Shown here piece by piece: positions 23,651-38,944 of a DNA stretch of 64,000 nucleotides; positions within the stretch are counted from its first letter, which is position 1; the number at the start of each line of letters is the position of its first letter. A program made the position numbers and the translations under genes. The DNA is taken from NCBI RefSeq assembly GCF_006345805.1, contig NC_043001.1:96100001-96164000 (forward strand). Direction: 5' to 3'. The stretch comes from Octopus sinensis (Eukaryota). The notes below the pieces were generated by a model, which was given only the letters and a program-made list of their open reading frames with translations, ran no database searches and was not told the DNA's origin.

Positions 23651-24874
23651 TATGTTATATTACCCCTCTCCTACTGCGTGGGAGAGAAGTAATGCAGCTT
23701 TGAGATGGATGGAGGTGGGTGATGTGCAAGCATGATAAACAGAAGGCTGTGTGGATTACATTAAGAAATAAAATGGACTCCAACTGACCTCAGTTGTTAG
23801 CCATTCATTACTGATGCTCATGGGACTTATGAAACACCCTGTATGGTTAGAGTTACTCGAATTGTGGCTTTCCTATCTTCTTTTCATACAAAGCAATACA
23901 TAAAAGATATTGTTGCTTATTATTAGTAGGCCATGCAGTGCTTCCTGCATTGATATTAACCTCATTTGGATGTCAATAGCATTATCAAGTTGAGAGCATT
24001 TATGGCTCTGTTAGAAATGTATAGGCAAGTTTACCACTGACTGCAAGCACATGTTCTCGTAGCTTAGCAATCTGCAGTACTTAGCAATCTGACACTGAAA
24101 TTAGAAAATTAATGATTTCTTTTTATTTGCTTAATTTATTTTCTAATTTATGCATTTACGTATTCATAAATATCAGAAACTAATATGCGTGCATTACGTT
24201 TTTTTTTTTTTTTACTTTATTTTCTTTCTACATCCCAAAGGTTAAGTCTCTAACCTTCACTGGAGATCAAATCGGTGATTCATCATTTTCTACAATATCT
24301 AAACCTTATTCTTTCGATTTCCTCTTTTCTTTACTTCATTCAATCTCTCTTTTCTCCATCATATTTCCCATCATCATCATCATCACATTCAGTTTCAGAT
24401 TTTTTCTTCTACTTCTTCATCGTCTTCTGCTTCTTTTCTTCCCAATTCTCTACTTAATTTATCACTTCTTTATTTTTGTTTTAAAATATTTGAATTTATA
24501 TACCTTTTTTCTGTAGTTCGCCTCAAGCATCATCCACGGAGCCAAACTGGATGATTTCCATGACCTCGTGACATGTTACATTCCAAAAACGATTCTTTTT
24601 ATCTCAATCGCCTGCACTACAAATCAGCTCTTCACATCTTTCCAACACATTCACACAGAATGACAACCCCATCGCACCCGCAACTTCTCTTGTACAATAT
24701 ATCTCCCTTTCTCACAATTAATTCCTCTCTCGCTCATTCAGTTTCTTTCTTTCTTAACACCTCTATTCCATGTAATACACTCTTCATCATTTCTCTTCTA
24801 ATATAGCTCTTAAATTTCGTGTATCATTTTCTCTCACTTAAATTTCTGGCAATATTTCTCTCTTCCTCATGCTG

Positions 24875-25180
<306 letters not shown>

Positions 25181-25639
25181 ACGAATTTATGGTTCTGTGT
25201 GTTTTATGTGTTCCAATATCAGGTGACAACACATTTGCAAGTGTATTTAAAGAGACAGACATGCACACAGGCTCGCGCAAGCACACATAACACCACACAC
25301 ATATATACACACTTAAAATCATCTATCAACATCCATCTATACGCATGCGTTATTATTAAGTTTTCATATAGTAACCAATTCTACATACTTTCTCTAGTTA
25401 TGTGTGTGTGATCTTTTTATATTTATACAATATAGAAATTCTAAAAACTGTTAACGTTAACTTTAGAAAGGACTCTTTTGACGTTTAGTGTCAAATGTTA
25501 ACAATTTTATTGACAGTGCCTTCAATATTTCGTGGTATTGTTCTTTTTGTATGTTGTTTTTCTTTATATTTTTCAGCCTGACAAAACTATTAAAAATGAT
25601 TGACTACGCATGTAGTGACAAGTCTTTTAGCTCCGAGTG

Positions 25640-25676
<37 letters not shown>

Positions 25677-26214
25677 GAAGATAGAGAAAGAGTGGGGGCA
25701 TTCCCTATGCACGTGTGTGTGTGTATGTAAATGATTTGCTAATATCAATTTAAAAAGTCTAATCGAGACATAATTCTATTTATGAGTAATAATCACCACG
25801 CGGTGTTCATACCTCAATGGTAAGTTCGCCTGAAGAAGAGCATTTTTGACTGAACGAGTGAAGCCACAGCAAGTTCCTCTGAGTTCAAAGAAGTTGTTAA
25901 GAAGGATGACATTAAACATTAACTAGAAAATGTTTGGAGGCTTTAAATCCTATAGATTTGTCGCTATATTGCCGACAACAGTATTGAGAAACCATGTATT
26001 TGAAAGTCATGTTGCAAGTAAGAACTCAATAATACAATAGCTAATAAAAATAAATGGTTCAGCTGAGCAAACTTTTCAGCAACAAAGAACACTATTTGGT
26101 AGGGAATAAGACGGATTTTACGAAAACAATTTCGGCCAAATTACCATGTTAAGTCAGATACATGTGTGGTGAGCCAAAAATAAAAAGAAAAGAGTGGGAT
26201 ATATCATATATTTC

Positions 26215-26432
26215 TTTACTACCCACAAAGGGATAAACACAGAGGGGACAGACAAAAGGATTAAGTCGATTACAACGACCCCAATGCGTAACTGGTACTT
26301 AATTTATCGACCGCGAAAGGATGAAATGCAAAGTCGACCTCGGTGGAATTTGAACTCAGAACGTAACGGAAGGCGAAATACGGCTACGCGTTTCGCTTGG
26401 CGTGCTAACGTTTCTGCCAGCTCGCCGCCCTT
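26215..26432 (-). mobile_element. Deu/Nin-domain-like SINE, monomer
   Basis: Reverse complement of the 14909 copy. Confidence 0.9.
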
Positions 26433-27149
26433 AAAGAGTGGGATATATAATAACAAAAAAATGGGGCAATGGATTGATCAGTGCTATTTTTGTCAAAACA
26501 TATATAAGTGAACGAAACTAACGTTAAGTACTTGAAACGGGAACATTATCCTTCAATTCCAATGTAGGAGCTGATAAGAAGATAATTCCTGTTCTCTTTT
26601 TTTAAGATGGTGAGTTGGACCATTTCATACAATTATAGTATTTACAATTTTGGTAAGACATTCGTGGAATCGAAACTCTAAAGTGCCTTCCTCAAACACC
26701 GATCTAATTCCAACAAAACACGTGTAGCAACGCTGTAAATTTTGATAAGCAGCTTCGTCTAAAATTAGTCATTTACTGATTTGAACAGACCTGTGACCGA
26801 AGAGTAGCAAACTGTCGATATTTTAATGAAATTCATGGCTAATTATGTGGAACCTCCGATACTATCTGCTGGAGAGCCAATAAAATACCATTAAATTATT
26901 AAAACGCCACTTAGCATTGCTTTTTATTAACTAACACAAAAAGTTGTGTCTGTCTGTATGTGTGTGCGTGCATGTGCGTGTGTGTGTGTATATTTGTGCA
27001 TGTGTATAAAACACGTATATAACTTATATAATATATATAATATATATTATATTACATATATTGTATATATATGCATCACACACAGACACACATATATACA
27101 TACATATATATACATATATATATATATTTATACAACATCTATAGTATAC

Positions 27150-27206
<57 letters not shown>

Positions 27207-27370
27207 CATGCATAATATGATATATACATATATATATATTATATTACACTATATATATATATAATATATATATAATATATATATAATATATATATCTATA
27301 TATATATATAATATTATATATATATATAACATGCATAATATGATATATACATAATATATATATTATATTA

Positions 27371-27409
<39 letters not shown>

Positions 27410-28260
27410 TATATGATATGATAAGTGTGCGTGTGTTTGTGAATGTACGTCTGTGTGTGTGTTCATATGAGACCTAGAAATTTCTTTACATATTGACATG
27501 CAGATTAGCTAAATCATGGAAAAGACAATATCTCAGCATTTCACCATAAAATATTTCTTTTGTTTTGACTTTTATCATATTTGTTTCTATCATTAACAAT
27601 ATTCTTCTCCGCTTATTTCTATATTTCCCTTTTCTATAAATTCTCTAATCTTAATATCTCGTCATTAATATCATGAAGATATATCAATAATAACGATCAC
27701 TTAAAGCGGGTGTTAGAATTTGGGGTGGAAAGAATAAAATGGCTACCTAAGTGTTAAATAAAGTTGATTTTAGTACTAAAGTATCTACAAAGAAATGCAT
27801 TGTCTAAAGTAAAATCATTACTGACTCGCGTCTTTGGAAGTGTTTCTTTTATAATTCTGATTTCATACAGTTCTTCAGAAATATTGTATTATCATTTCCT
27901 ATTTTCTGTCTTCACTTTGTAGTTCTTCACACAAAAGGTTTTTACATTCTCAATGATAACAGCATTATGTGCTATTCATATACATAAGCTGAATCTCTGA
28001 AAGGTCTCATTCTTAATATGACACGGGGATACTTTTCAGACGCAAAAAAAAAATGTACTTTTTCCTTGAAGTCAGAATTCTTGATCTTTACTCGTAAAAT
28101 ATAGGTGTAAAAAAAGCATACATATATAAATGCATAATCAGATACACATATCAGAATACGTAAACATGTTGTCGCTACATGTGGCTTTGCATTCCGTCTG
28201 CATGGAAATCTTCATATATATATTATATATATATATATAATATATAATATTATATAGATA

Positions 28261-28305
<45 letters not shown>

Positions 28306-28421
28306 CATACTACATAACATACTACAACATACATACATACATACATATATACATACATAATGCATACATCATACATACATTTGTATGCATATGTATCTGT
28401 CTCTCGATATGTGTTTATGTA

Positions 28422-28462
<41 letters not shown>

Positions 28463-28659
28463 CATGCATACATATCTATATTAATATAGAGGGCATTACT
28501 ATACATAAATGCCACACGCTAGGGGGTACTCTTAAATTCAAAACTACTAAAATAAATATATATATATATACATATACATATACATATACAGATGCAAATA
28601 CATAAATACATGTGCATATGCATATATATTCATATACTCATATGCGTATATATATATAT

Positions 28660-29305
28660 GTAGACATTTTCATATATACATAACAAGGGAGAGAGAGAGA
28701 GAGAAGAAAAGGAGAGAAAGGTAGAGAAAGAGATAGAGAAATTCAAATAAGCATGTGTGTATGTGAGTGAGAGTGAGAGAGAAAGAAAGTGATAGAGAGG
28801 GAGTGTGTGTGTGTATGTGTGTGTGTTTTTGTGTGTGTGTTTGTGCGTGTGTGTGTATGTGAGTGAGAGAGATAAAGAAAGTGATAGAGAGGGAGTGTGT
28901 GTGTGTTTGGTGTGTGTATGTGTTTCTCTGTTTGTGTGTGCATGTGTTTGTGCGTGTGTATGTGTGTGTGTTTGTGTATGTGAGACAGAGAAACAAAGAG
29001 GTAGAGAGTGTGTGTGTGCATGTGTGCGTCTGTGTATATGAGTGAGAGAGAGAAAGAAAGAGATAGAGGGAGAGTGTGTGTGTCTGTGTATGTGTGTCTT
29101 CTGTGTGTCTGTGTGTCTTTGTGCTTGTGTGTGTATTTGTGTGTGTGTTTGTGCGTGTGTGTGTTTGTGCGTGTGTGTGTGTTTGTGCGTGTGCGTGTGC
29201 TTGTGCGTGTGTGCGTGTTTGTGTGTGTTTGTGTCTGTGTGTGTTTGTGTCTGTGTGTGTGTGTGTTCGTGTCTGTGTTTGTGTGTGCGTGTGTGTGTGC
29301 GTGAG
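28660..29305. repeat. Compound (GA)/(GT) low-complexity array with ~55-60-bp higher-order units
   Basis: TGTGAGTGAGAGAGA(T/A)AAAGAAAGTGATAGAGAGGGAGTGTGTG recurs at least three times. Confidence 0.85.
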
Positions 29306-29629
29306 TATGACTCTATAAGCTTATACCTATGTTCTTTATTTTTATTGATTCTTTGCTTTGTTTGAGACAGCACAACAGCTTAAGGGACGCTAGTGTACAT
29401 CTGCCGATTTTAGTTTTGTATAAATTTTACATCCTGTTCGATTATGACCTGTGGCTTAATTTACTTCATTTCGTCTGTCTAATTAGATACTTTACTCTAA
29501 CCTTTTGCAAATCTCAGGTGGAAATATGTTAATACACATTTTAGACGTATCGATGGATACTATTGATTATGTTTCGTTCCATTCTGGGGAGAAACTAATA
29601 TATATATGTATATATACATATATATATAT

Positions 29630-29930
29630 AATAAAATATTAGGGAATAAATCCAAACTTAAAGGGAAAAATCAGATTTAGGATTGAATCCAATTTTATAG
29701 TAAAATATTATATTACATTAAATTAGAGATGAAACAACTATTAGGCAAATCAAACAATGAAAAACTTAAGCCAATACATAAAATTAATTAATTTATATTA
29801 TTTTAAGTATATATCAAAAGTATTAAAAGTTTAATAAAAGATAATGAGTAAAACACTACGATCGTTTCATGGCTGTCCAATTCGTAATAATTCGAGTTAT
29901 GGTTACAGTCAATCTTCAGGTAATTGAAAT
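29630..29930 (-). mobile_element. Short hammerhead-bearing repeat embedded in (TA)n (Penelope pLTR-like)
   Basis: Shares AAATATTAGGGAATAAATCCAAA...GGGAAAAATCAGATTTAG with the copy at 32448. Confidence 0.7.
29853..29924 (-). ncRNA. Type-I hammerhead motif, core intact, stem II partly eroded
   Basis: TTAC-CTGAAGA-TTGACTGT...ACAGCCAT-GAAAC-GATC-GTA-GTG, with the palindrome ACGATCGT. Confidence 0.65.
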
Positions 29931-30022
29931 ATTTATCTTAGCGAGGTTTAGCAATGATTTGCCTAATAGTGGTTTTATCTCTAATTTAATATAACATATA
30001 TATATATATATTTATATATATA

Positions 30023-30063
<41 letters not shown>

Positions 30064-30156
30064 ATGTGTGTGGTCCATTACATCGTCAATGTATATTTCT
30101 CTGATATAGCAGTTCCATATGATCTTCCTGGTCGTTATTATTTGTAGAATACAAAG

Positions 30157-30735
30157 GCGGCAAGCTGGCAGATCGTTAGCATGCCAGGCGAAATGCTTAG
30201 TGGTATTTCGTCTGTGTTTATGTTCTGAGTTCAAATTCCGCTGAAGTCAACTTTGCCTTTCATCCTTTCGGGGTCAATTAAATAAGTACCAGTTACACAC
30301 TGGGGTCGATATAATCGACTTAATCCGTTTGTCTGTCCTTGTTCGTCCTCTCTGTGTTTAGCCCCTCGTGGGTAGTAAAGAAATAGGTATTTCGTCTGCC
30401 GTTACGTTCTGAGTTCAAATTCCGCCGAGGTCGATTTTGACTTTCACATTTTTGGGGTCGATTAAATAAATACCAGTTACGCACTGGAGTCGATATAATC
30501 GACTTAATCCGTTTGTCTGTCCTTGTTTGTCCTCTCTGTGTTTAGCCCCTTGTGGGCTGTCAAGAAATAGGTATTTCATCTCTCTTTACGTTCTGAGATC
30601 AAATTCCGCCGAGGCCGACTTTGCCTTTCACCCTTTGGGGGCGATAAGTTAAGTACCAGTTGCGTAGTGGAATCGATCTAATCTACTGGCCCCTCCCCAA
30701 AAATTTCGGCCTTTGTGCCTAGAATAGAAATGATT
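30157..30735 (+). mobile_element. Deu/Nin-domain-like SINE, tandem trimer
   Basis: Same three-unit layout as the copy at 8531-9128. Confidence 0.85.
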
Positions 30736-31039
30736 ATTAGTAGAATACAGTTAGAGTGTACGAGCAGAAACTTCGAGAATCTGTCATATACATGTGATTA
30801 TATAACTTTAACATAGACGCAACGAGTGAAAACGCACTCAATATTTCGAGATTCAGATATTAGTTATTTTCTTTTGTTTTCTGTTTTATGTATTCCTTTG
30901 GTTTTAAAAGGTCTATGCTACGAATAATACAAACTATGGAACAGCAGTTTTATCACTAACATTATCGTGTCATTATTCTGCAAATGTGCACAATATATGT
31001 ATATAAATATAGATATCCAATATTATTTGTTGGAATATT

Positions 31040-31561
31040 CAGCAATCACCCGAATGTCGTGATATGCTGGAATGTTACACATGAAGAGCGAACCTGACCC
31101 ATCATAACAACCCGTCTGATAATGGTACACAAAGCACATATGTCACAACCATATGTGCGCGACTTGGGGATCTCATATCAAGGTAAACAGTTAGAATTTT
31201 CTTCTGGTCGAGTAGCCCATTCCGCTCAAAAGGTCCCTGAATAGGGGTTATTTAAGGATGCTGAACGAATTACCCATGTTTCCAGAGGGGAATTATTCAA
31301 ACCCAAAAGAATCCCTCTCAACACATGGCTATGATGCTCCCCCACTACTTCTGCTCGTGATAAGAGATGCACATATCGTCAGCCACTAACGGACATGGTC
31401 AACTGGTTACGGTCAAGCAATGGACAAGAAAATCTGTGGTATTGAGCAGAATATTGGCTGTAGCCCATCTTTTATACCAAGACAAAACAATGTACATGAT
31501 AACACTTCCAATCAGTTAAGATCAGAAGCCATGAGAGCCACTGCCTGGTAATGCATTGGGG

Positions 31562-31562
<1 letters not shown>
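31040..31562. mobile_element. Unclassified putative retroelement fragment abutting (ATT)n
   Basis: Non-repetitive, GC-balanced ~0.5 kb block that ends sharply at an (ATT)n(AGT)n array. No ORF was recognised. Confidence 0.4.
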
Positions 31563-31755
<193 letters not shown>

Positions 31756-32447
31756 ATTAGGTCAGTGATTTTGAGTGGCTGGTCGAGTTAAATTTTAGCA
31801 CTCATTTCTAGCAATTGTGGGTCCTATTTTGGACCTTCAAACATTAATTTTACCTTTTTGGTTTTAATTGCTATAGTCCCCAATATTATAATGTATTTAA
31901 TATATCTTAATATATTAATATATTATCATAATATCTTCTTGTATGTTACTTTAAGGGCTTTGAAATTTAGCGCCCTCTTTTTAACGGATTTTTCTCATGA
32001 GAGAATGGAAGGCAATCTATCTCCTGTAACCCGGAGTGATTGTGAAAGCCTATCGAGAAACAAGATCGTATTGATCAAATTTTGAAATCACGTGATAAGG
32101 TTTTATCAAACCACGTCATTCTGTGAATATATCTCACCAAAGAAAGATGTTGTGTCTTTCTGCTCGCAGTCCCGAATATTTCATGAGGTTAATGCTTTTG
32201 TATGGCTGCTAGACTTAAATCTATATTATGCTATATTGTACCCACATTTATATATATATACATGTGACAGAGCGGAGATTTTGTCACGCAACTTGTGATC
32301 TTGTGATTCCCTTTACTGCAACCATCTGAATTTCGCATAGCATAAAATTCGGGACGAGACAAGTCCTCAGATCTTGAATTTTAATGAGAAAATAAAATAC
32401 ATATATAACACTATGTAATATACATACATATATATCTATATACGTAT

Positions 32448-32660
32448 ATTTATCTATATATATAATAATAAATATTAGGGAATAAATCCAAATTTACAGG
32501 GAAAAATCAGATTTAGATTTGCAAATCAAACAAAGAAAGACTTAATCCAATACATAAAAAAAATTTAATATAAATTAAATAAAATTAAATTCGCCACTAC
32601 AATTGTTTCGTGTCTCTTCTAAGGACATTCATCAGGTGGATTTCAGATCTTCTATTCAAT
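32448..32660 (-). mobile_element. Short hammerhead-bearing repeat embedded in (TA)n (Penelope pLTR-like)
   Basis: Homologous to the 29630 copy at its plus-strand start and flanked by TA arrays. Confidence 0.7.
32593..32639 (-). ncRNA. Type-I hammerhead motif, core intact, 10.1-11.1 A-C mismatch
   Basis: CCAC-CTGATGA-ATGTC cttagaaga GACAC-GAAAC-AATT-GTA-GTGG, with the palindrome ACAATTGT. Confidence 0.75.
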
Positions 32661-33043
32661 TTTAAGTTATATATATATATATATATCACTTCCCGAGCGT
32701 TAAACTAATATATCTGTTTCTTGTTTACACACCTGTCTTCGTCTTTATTTTTTTTGTAAATTCTCATTATATATACATACATATATATATGTATATTTAT
32801 ATATGTATATGTGTATATATGTGTTTACATATATTTAAATATGTATATATCAATGTATATAGAGAGATATGTATATATATATTATTTTTATGTGCGTTTG
32901 AGTGTGATTGTGTGTGTGTGTGTAGATATACATTGTGATAGGGAGATTTATATGCATATATGTATATACATACGTACACACATACATACACACACACGTA
33001 TGTTTGTGTAAATGCTTATGTACCTATAAACACTTACATATAA

Positions 33044-33088
<45 letters not shown>

Positions 33089-33142
33089 TATGTAAGTGTT
33101 TATAGGTACATATATTTATATATATATATATATATATATAGA

Positions 33143-33209
<67 letters not shown>

Positions 33210-33242
33210 TACACCCAGTGCATGTCCCTCTCCCCCACTCCT

Positions 33243-33292
<50 letters not shown>

Positions 33293-33693
33293 CTGATCTC
33301 GTTCTCTCAATCTTTGTTTTCTCCTACTAAGCAAAGTGTGCATAATAAAGATAATCATCAAGTTATTTGTAGACAATTCAATTTTGACTAGATTTATTAT
33401 TTGCTGGGTGATAAACAGTAAAACTCACTCATCTCTGTAATTCACTGGAACCTAATAAGAGTCCATTGAAAACTCTGTCCTCTATCCGTTTCAGTATGTG
33501 TTATCCACGTTCCCGCATGATCTATAGTCATAACTTAGACTTAATTCAAATACACTTTATGGTAGAACAATTTTACCTCGATTTCCGATGCCACATACGT
33601 TTTCTGCATATATACATACGCGTATACACCTGTACATATATACGTACATGTATATATATATATATTTATATATATACATATATATATATATAC

Positions 33694-33725
<32 letters not shown>

Positions 33726-34029
33726 TGTGTGTGTCTACTTGTACGTATATATGTGTTTCTTTATATATGCATATAGACACACACATACACAGACACACAA
33801 ACACACACACACAAATGTATATATCATATTTTTCATGTTTCCCTAAAACATTCGTGCGTTCTTTTAGAAATGAATTTGCCAATATCATTTATTTCTCTAT
33901 GTTACTTAGACTTACGCGCATATATATCTCTGTAAGTGTTAGTGTGTGTACACTAATATATATATTATATATATGTGTGTGTGTGTGTGTATACATTTAT
34001 ATATATATATATATATATGTATGAGTGTG

Positions 34030-34100
<71 letters not shown>

Positions 34101-34242
34101 CTTAGTCTTTCGGTTCTCCAACCAACTCTTATCTTCTACATATTTGCGTCGCATGTTTTAATACAAGTCATTTATTCACTCACGATGTTTTTACATAGTG
34201 TTTCTTTCTCATTCTATACACTCACATATGTGCATATATGCT

Positions 34243-34292
<50 letters not shown>

Positions 34293-35594
34293 GTACGTAC
34301 ACACACACACACACCACACACATATATAATATATATATATATATAAACATACATATATGAAAGAGGATATATATAAGAAATGGAGGATATATAATACATA
34401 CATACATACATACATACATACATACATACATACATACATACATACATACATACATACGTACGTACGTACATACATTCATATACATATATTGACTATGTAA
34501 TCTTGTCTTTCGTTCCTTCTATGAATTGACACACATGCGATACCCAAAATGCTGTAGTCTATCATTAGGCATTTGCAGAAGAGAGAAATAAATATCCGTG
34601 TGTTGTATGTGAAACCCTAACATAATAGTATTATCTATGACCTGTATAGGGAAATTATATTCGTTGTGAAGCCTTCAATGAAGCAGGGTAACAATTCTTA
34701 CGAAGTAATTCAAGCTCAGAGAGAACATTTTACACGTCTCAGTTACAAGTTTTGTATGACTCCTCTGCTTTCTGCTGAGAAAAAGTAATAATTCATATCA
34801 TAGATACCGATCGACCAAACAGAGCAGCAACGTATTTTATAGAAACGGAGATGGAAAGGGTCTACTTGGATATGAAATACTGGCTCTAAAATACCTTTCT
34901 TTGAAGAGCTTTTATATTTCCATTCACCAAAGGGATTTTATAACAGCAAATAAAACAAACTAAACGGACATACGCGAGTGGATATTCGAAACGATTGTGG
35001 ACCAAATTGGAGAATAAAAAACAAATTCCATGCTATCATATATTTGTTATACCTCATTCCGATTAAAATCCTAACAAAAAATAACTACGCATAGAGTGTA
35101 GTAAATGAGTGTAGTAAATGATCATTTTAACGCTATTGGGTTTAATAAAGAATTTTGCTTATATTTGAAAATGATGATAAAATGTTCGATACTAGTTCAC
35201 TGTAGATCATTGGTCTCATTATTCTGTTATAACCTCTTTTCATACAACAAGTCATAGCAAAATATATCGATTACAATCTAAGTATTTTAATTACACTTAC
35301 ATCAGAATTAAAAATCTGATCATCAAAGTGAAGCCTTTGAAAGTACATCAGAGGGTGAATGTGATTCTCAGATTTCTATACAATCTCGGCATTTTATCTC
35401 TTTATGACCCTCACTTTGACCTGGGTCATACAAGTACGAAACTTATCTGTCGTTAAACAACTCATTTACATAAGGAACATATGCAATGCACTATATTCTA
35501 GAATACAATATATAACTAATTAGAAGAAAACATTAACAGCCTCAAGAAATCAACAAAAAATTAAGTTTCCCGATTATATTTTATTAACAGCTGC

Positions 35595-35810
35595 ATGGAG
35601 GGCAACGTGCTGGCCGAATTATTTGAACGTAAGGTGAAATGCTTTCTGGTATTTCTTTCGGCCTTGAGTTAAATTCTGCCAATGTTACTTTGTCTTTCAT
35701 ATTTTCGTGGTCAATAAAACGAAGTACGAATCAAGTACTGGGGTCGATAGTATCGACTACCCCGCCACCTTCACAAAATGCAGGCCTGATAACTAAATAC
35801 CAAACCAGCA
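35595..35810 (+). mobile_element. Deu/Nin-domain-like SINE, old diverged copy
   Basis: Degenerate GAGTTAAATTCTGCC...TTTGTCTTTCAT...AAGTAC...GGGGTCGAT. Confidence 0.6.
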
Positions 35811-37339
35811 ATAACTACCTATGAGTTGTAAATAAGTCGTCGAGAATCAGCGAGAAATAGAATTTTTATGAGCAGTTCCTTTTTTTTTTTACCTGAAGTA
35901 GAAATTTCTATGTCCATGTTTGTGGTTCACTTAACTATGCTATTAAATGTCGAAGTAGCTATCTCAAAACAGTTGGTATTTTTCGAATTAATAAAGTCAC
36001 CAGCTAGTATGTACATTGTAGGCAGGATCTATTAGCGTAAAAGTAAAAGGTATGCATGGCTTCTCAAGTTCAACGTATAACACTTCATCTATGCTGACAG
36101 ATAAATTTTTGCGATGTTACTTCGTTCCCTTGTTAGAGACCATTTTTTCTCTTTATTGAATGAATTCCCAAATATGTATAAAATATACTCATGTAAAACC
36201 AAGATTATCCATACTATCAGCTATGCTATAGCCCATTGATGCATGGATATCTTTTAACGTTACTTGTATTTTAGAATGGAGGTAAGCTTCCAGTAAACCA
36301 ATAGGTCGATAACTGTTTAGTACCGTAGTCATTAGCAAGCACAGAGGAGATGGTATTATTTCCGTTGATTTGTATTCGATAAAGAAATTGGAGAAATTCT
36401 GATTGTAATACGAAGAATATTAATTGCTGCGTGAAGTGATATTTCAGCTTGTAACTAAGAATATATTCTGTAGAATGCAGTGTGGTTGTCTGGGTTGTGT
36501 CAGTCCAGCTATGGTTTTCAATCTAATACTGTTTATCACGTCTGCTGTGACTTATCATTGATCGTGTTCGTATCCAACTATCCTGCTTTTAATTTTGTGG
36601 ACAATGCCGGAACATAAATGATTTCTTGTGGATACCCCTGCTATAGACAACAGATATGGGTTCTGCAATTTCTTACTGCAAGTAAGCGTCAGATATAATT
36701 TGTTTATAATGATAAAATGTTTGTGTTGCACATGAACTCACTCTCTCCGTTGAATCGACTTTGCCTGTACAGATGCATAATGTGTCACGCGTCAGATGTC
36801 GGCCTGATCGCAGAGCAAAGTGAGATGAATATTTTTCTTAAGGTTACAATGTCCCACCCAGTCCGGAAATCTTGCTGTCTTTAGCTCAATACCTTTAGCA
36901 CTTGGTCACACGCCCTCACTGTCCATTTCTTGTACGATTTTGTCTAATTTTCTTATATTTCCTTTTATACTTCACTGTAATTAAGACTGTGAGTACATTA
37001 TTGCAGTCTTAACATATATTTAGTGTACGTACATGTTTTAGATACATTGATGTTTGTTTTGGTTTCTTTCAAAAGTTTCTATCAGTTTCTCAAGGTTTTT
37101 TTCTTACATTTTTTCCGTTTCATTCTTGCCATGTGTTTGTCTCCATTGTCAGTTTAGCTATGATATTATTCGTTTCAATCTATCTATATGAGTCTCCACA
37201 AATATTTCTCTATAGTTTTTTTTCGTTTTTCCCTTAAATATTCTTTATTTCCATAATTGTACGGCTTCGATATATTTTAATTGTCCCTGACGTCGAGGAT
37301 GATGGTATTTCTTTTCTTTTGTTATATATTATTCATGGA

Positions 37340-38330
37340 TCCTAAGGTGACTGATGATTCAAATTCTTGTTCAGAAACTCCTAGCTCCTTCCCCAAATGA
37401 GACAGCTAGTTCCGGACAGAAGGTTCCTTCTTGATCAAAACTTTCTTTGTACCTCTTTTTTATTCTTGCCTGGCGGGTCTCAAAAGTTTAAAGGATCTTA
37501 ATCCCTCTTTGATGATGGGTCTCCATCATTCTCGATCCTGAGAATTTCTCAGTTCTCGATGTCAACATCAAATTTCTTGATGCCGGTTTTCAGGGCATCT
37601 TCCAATCTTCTCTTTTACCCTCCAGTTCTTCGCTTCTCTTCTTTTAGCTGGGAGCAATGAAACTTACTTATGTAGGCGGTTGTTTTCCATCTGACAACGT
37701 TACCATTCCATCTCAGTTGTTTCTGGATGCCTATAGCGTACTGGATGCCTGTAGCGAGCTGGCAGAAACGTTAGCATGCTGGGCGAAATGTTTAGCTGTA
37801 TTTCGTCTGTCTTCAAGTTCTGAGTTCAAATTCCGCCGAGGTCGACTTTGGATTTCATCCTTTCGGGATCGATAAATTAAGTACCAGTGAAACACTGGGG
37901 TCGATGTAATCGACTTAATCCCTTTATCTGTCCTTGTTTTTCCCTTTTATGTTTAACCCCTTGTGGGCAATAAAAAATAAGAAATATAGCTTCAATGGAG
38001 GTCTTGTTGGCTTCTTCTAACACACTAATGTTTGCCCTTTCTTCCCAACTGATATTGCGAATACTTTCAAGACAGTGTTGGTGATATCTTTCGAGAGCTT
38101 TTACGTGCGTTCTATATTCAATCCAGGTATTGGATGCATACAGGAGCGTGGGGTGACTACTGTCTTGTATAGCATCATTTTTGTGTCATTTCGTGTGTTT
38201 TGATATAATGGAACACTCTCTTTCTTAGTTGACCAAAGGCAGCATCTTCGCTTTTGAGACGATGCTGGAATTCGTAGTTTTGGGATGTTGCTTACTACCA
38301 TCACAAAACATCCAGTTGAAGCAATGTACG
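37340..38330 (-). mobile_element. RTE-clade LINE 3' fragment, decayed, interrupted by a SINE
   Basis: Minus-strand frames give TPTLLYASNTWIEYRTHVKALERYHQHCLESIRNISWEE, KRRLEDALKTGIKKFDVDIEN and DRE*WRPIIKEG, typical of the RTE C-terminal region. Confidence 0.8.
37752..37980 (+). mobile_element. Deu/Nin-domain-like SINE inserted in the RTE fragment
   Basis: Full head, core and tail. Confidence 0.9.
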
Positions 38331-38399
38331 CTTGCAATACCAGTCAAAACTCTTAAATGAAGATTTACCACTTTAAGTATTTCTAAGTTAGACACATAG

Positions 38400-38600
38400 G
38401 CAGCAATTCTGTCGGGCGGTGGTGGGACCGGGGGTAATGAGTCAGTCACATCGATCAGAGTGCTCAATTATAACTTAACTTTATTGAACACAGAAAAATC
38501 AAACGGAACGTTGACCACGCTAGAATTTTAACTCAGGGCTTTGACAAACATAACGAAATACTGCAAGGCGTTTTGTCCGACACTATGTCAATTCTGCCAA
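38400..38600 (-). mobile_element. Deu/Nin-domain-like SINE, old diverged copy
   Basis: Minus strand reads TTGGCAGAATTGACATAG...GTATTTCG...CTGAGTTAAAATTC. Confidence 0.55.
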
Positions 38601-38824
38601 TCTATAGACTGTAGCATCTTCACTAATATAGGAAGGTGCTAAATAATATTTTACATATTCATAAAAATACGGTATGGACACGGCTGGAACCTTTGTGCTA
38701 ATATATCGCTTATGGGGCCAGAGATCTACAATAACAACAGCAACTAAATTTGATAATGACGTTTGTGTTCTGTTGCGCTCTGTATCTAAGCTCTGCCCTC
38801 TGAAGTGCAAAACTACTGTTAAGA

Positions 38825-38884
<60 letters not shown>

Positions 38885-38944
38885 GGGTGGTGGTAGCAGC
38901 AGCCGTCTCAATGGTAGATGTCGTTTTTGTTGTAGCTGCTGTTG

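Noticed and set aside
23821-23843. Tc1-like terminal repeat TGGGACTTATGAAACACCCTGTA
   Set aside because: No partner TIR was found in the window, so no element could be delimited.
28630-29373. 247-aa His/Thr-rich ORF
   Set aside because: Product of a compound (CA)/(CT) repeat.
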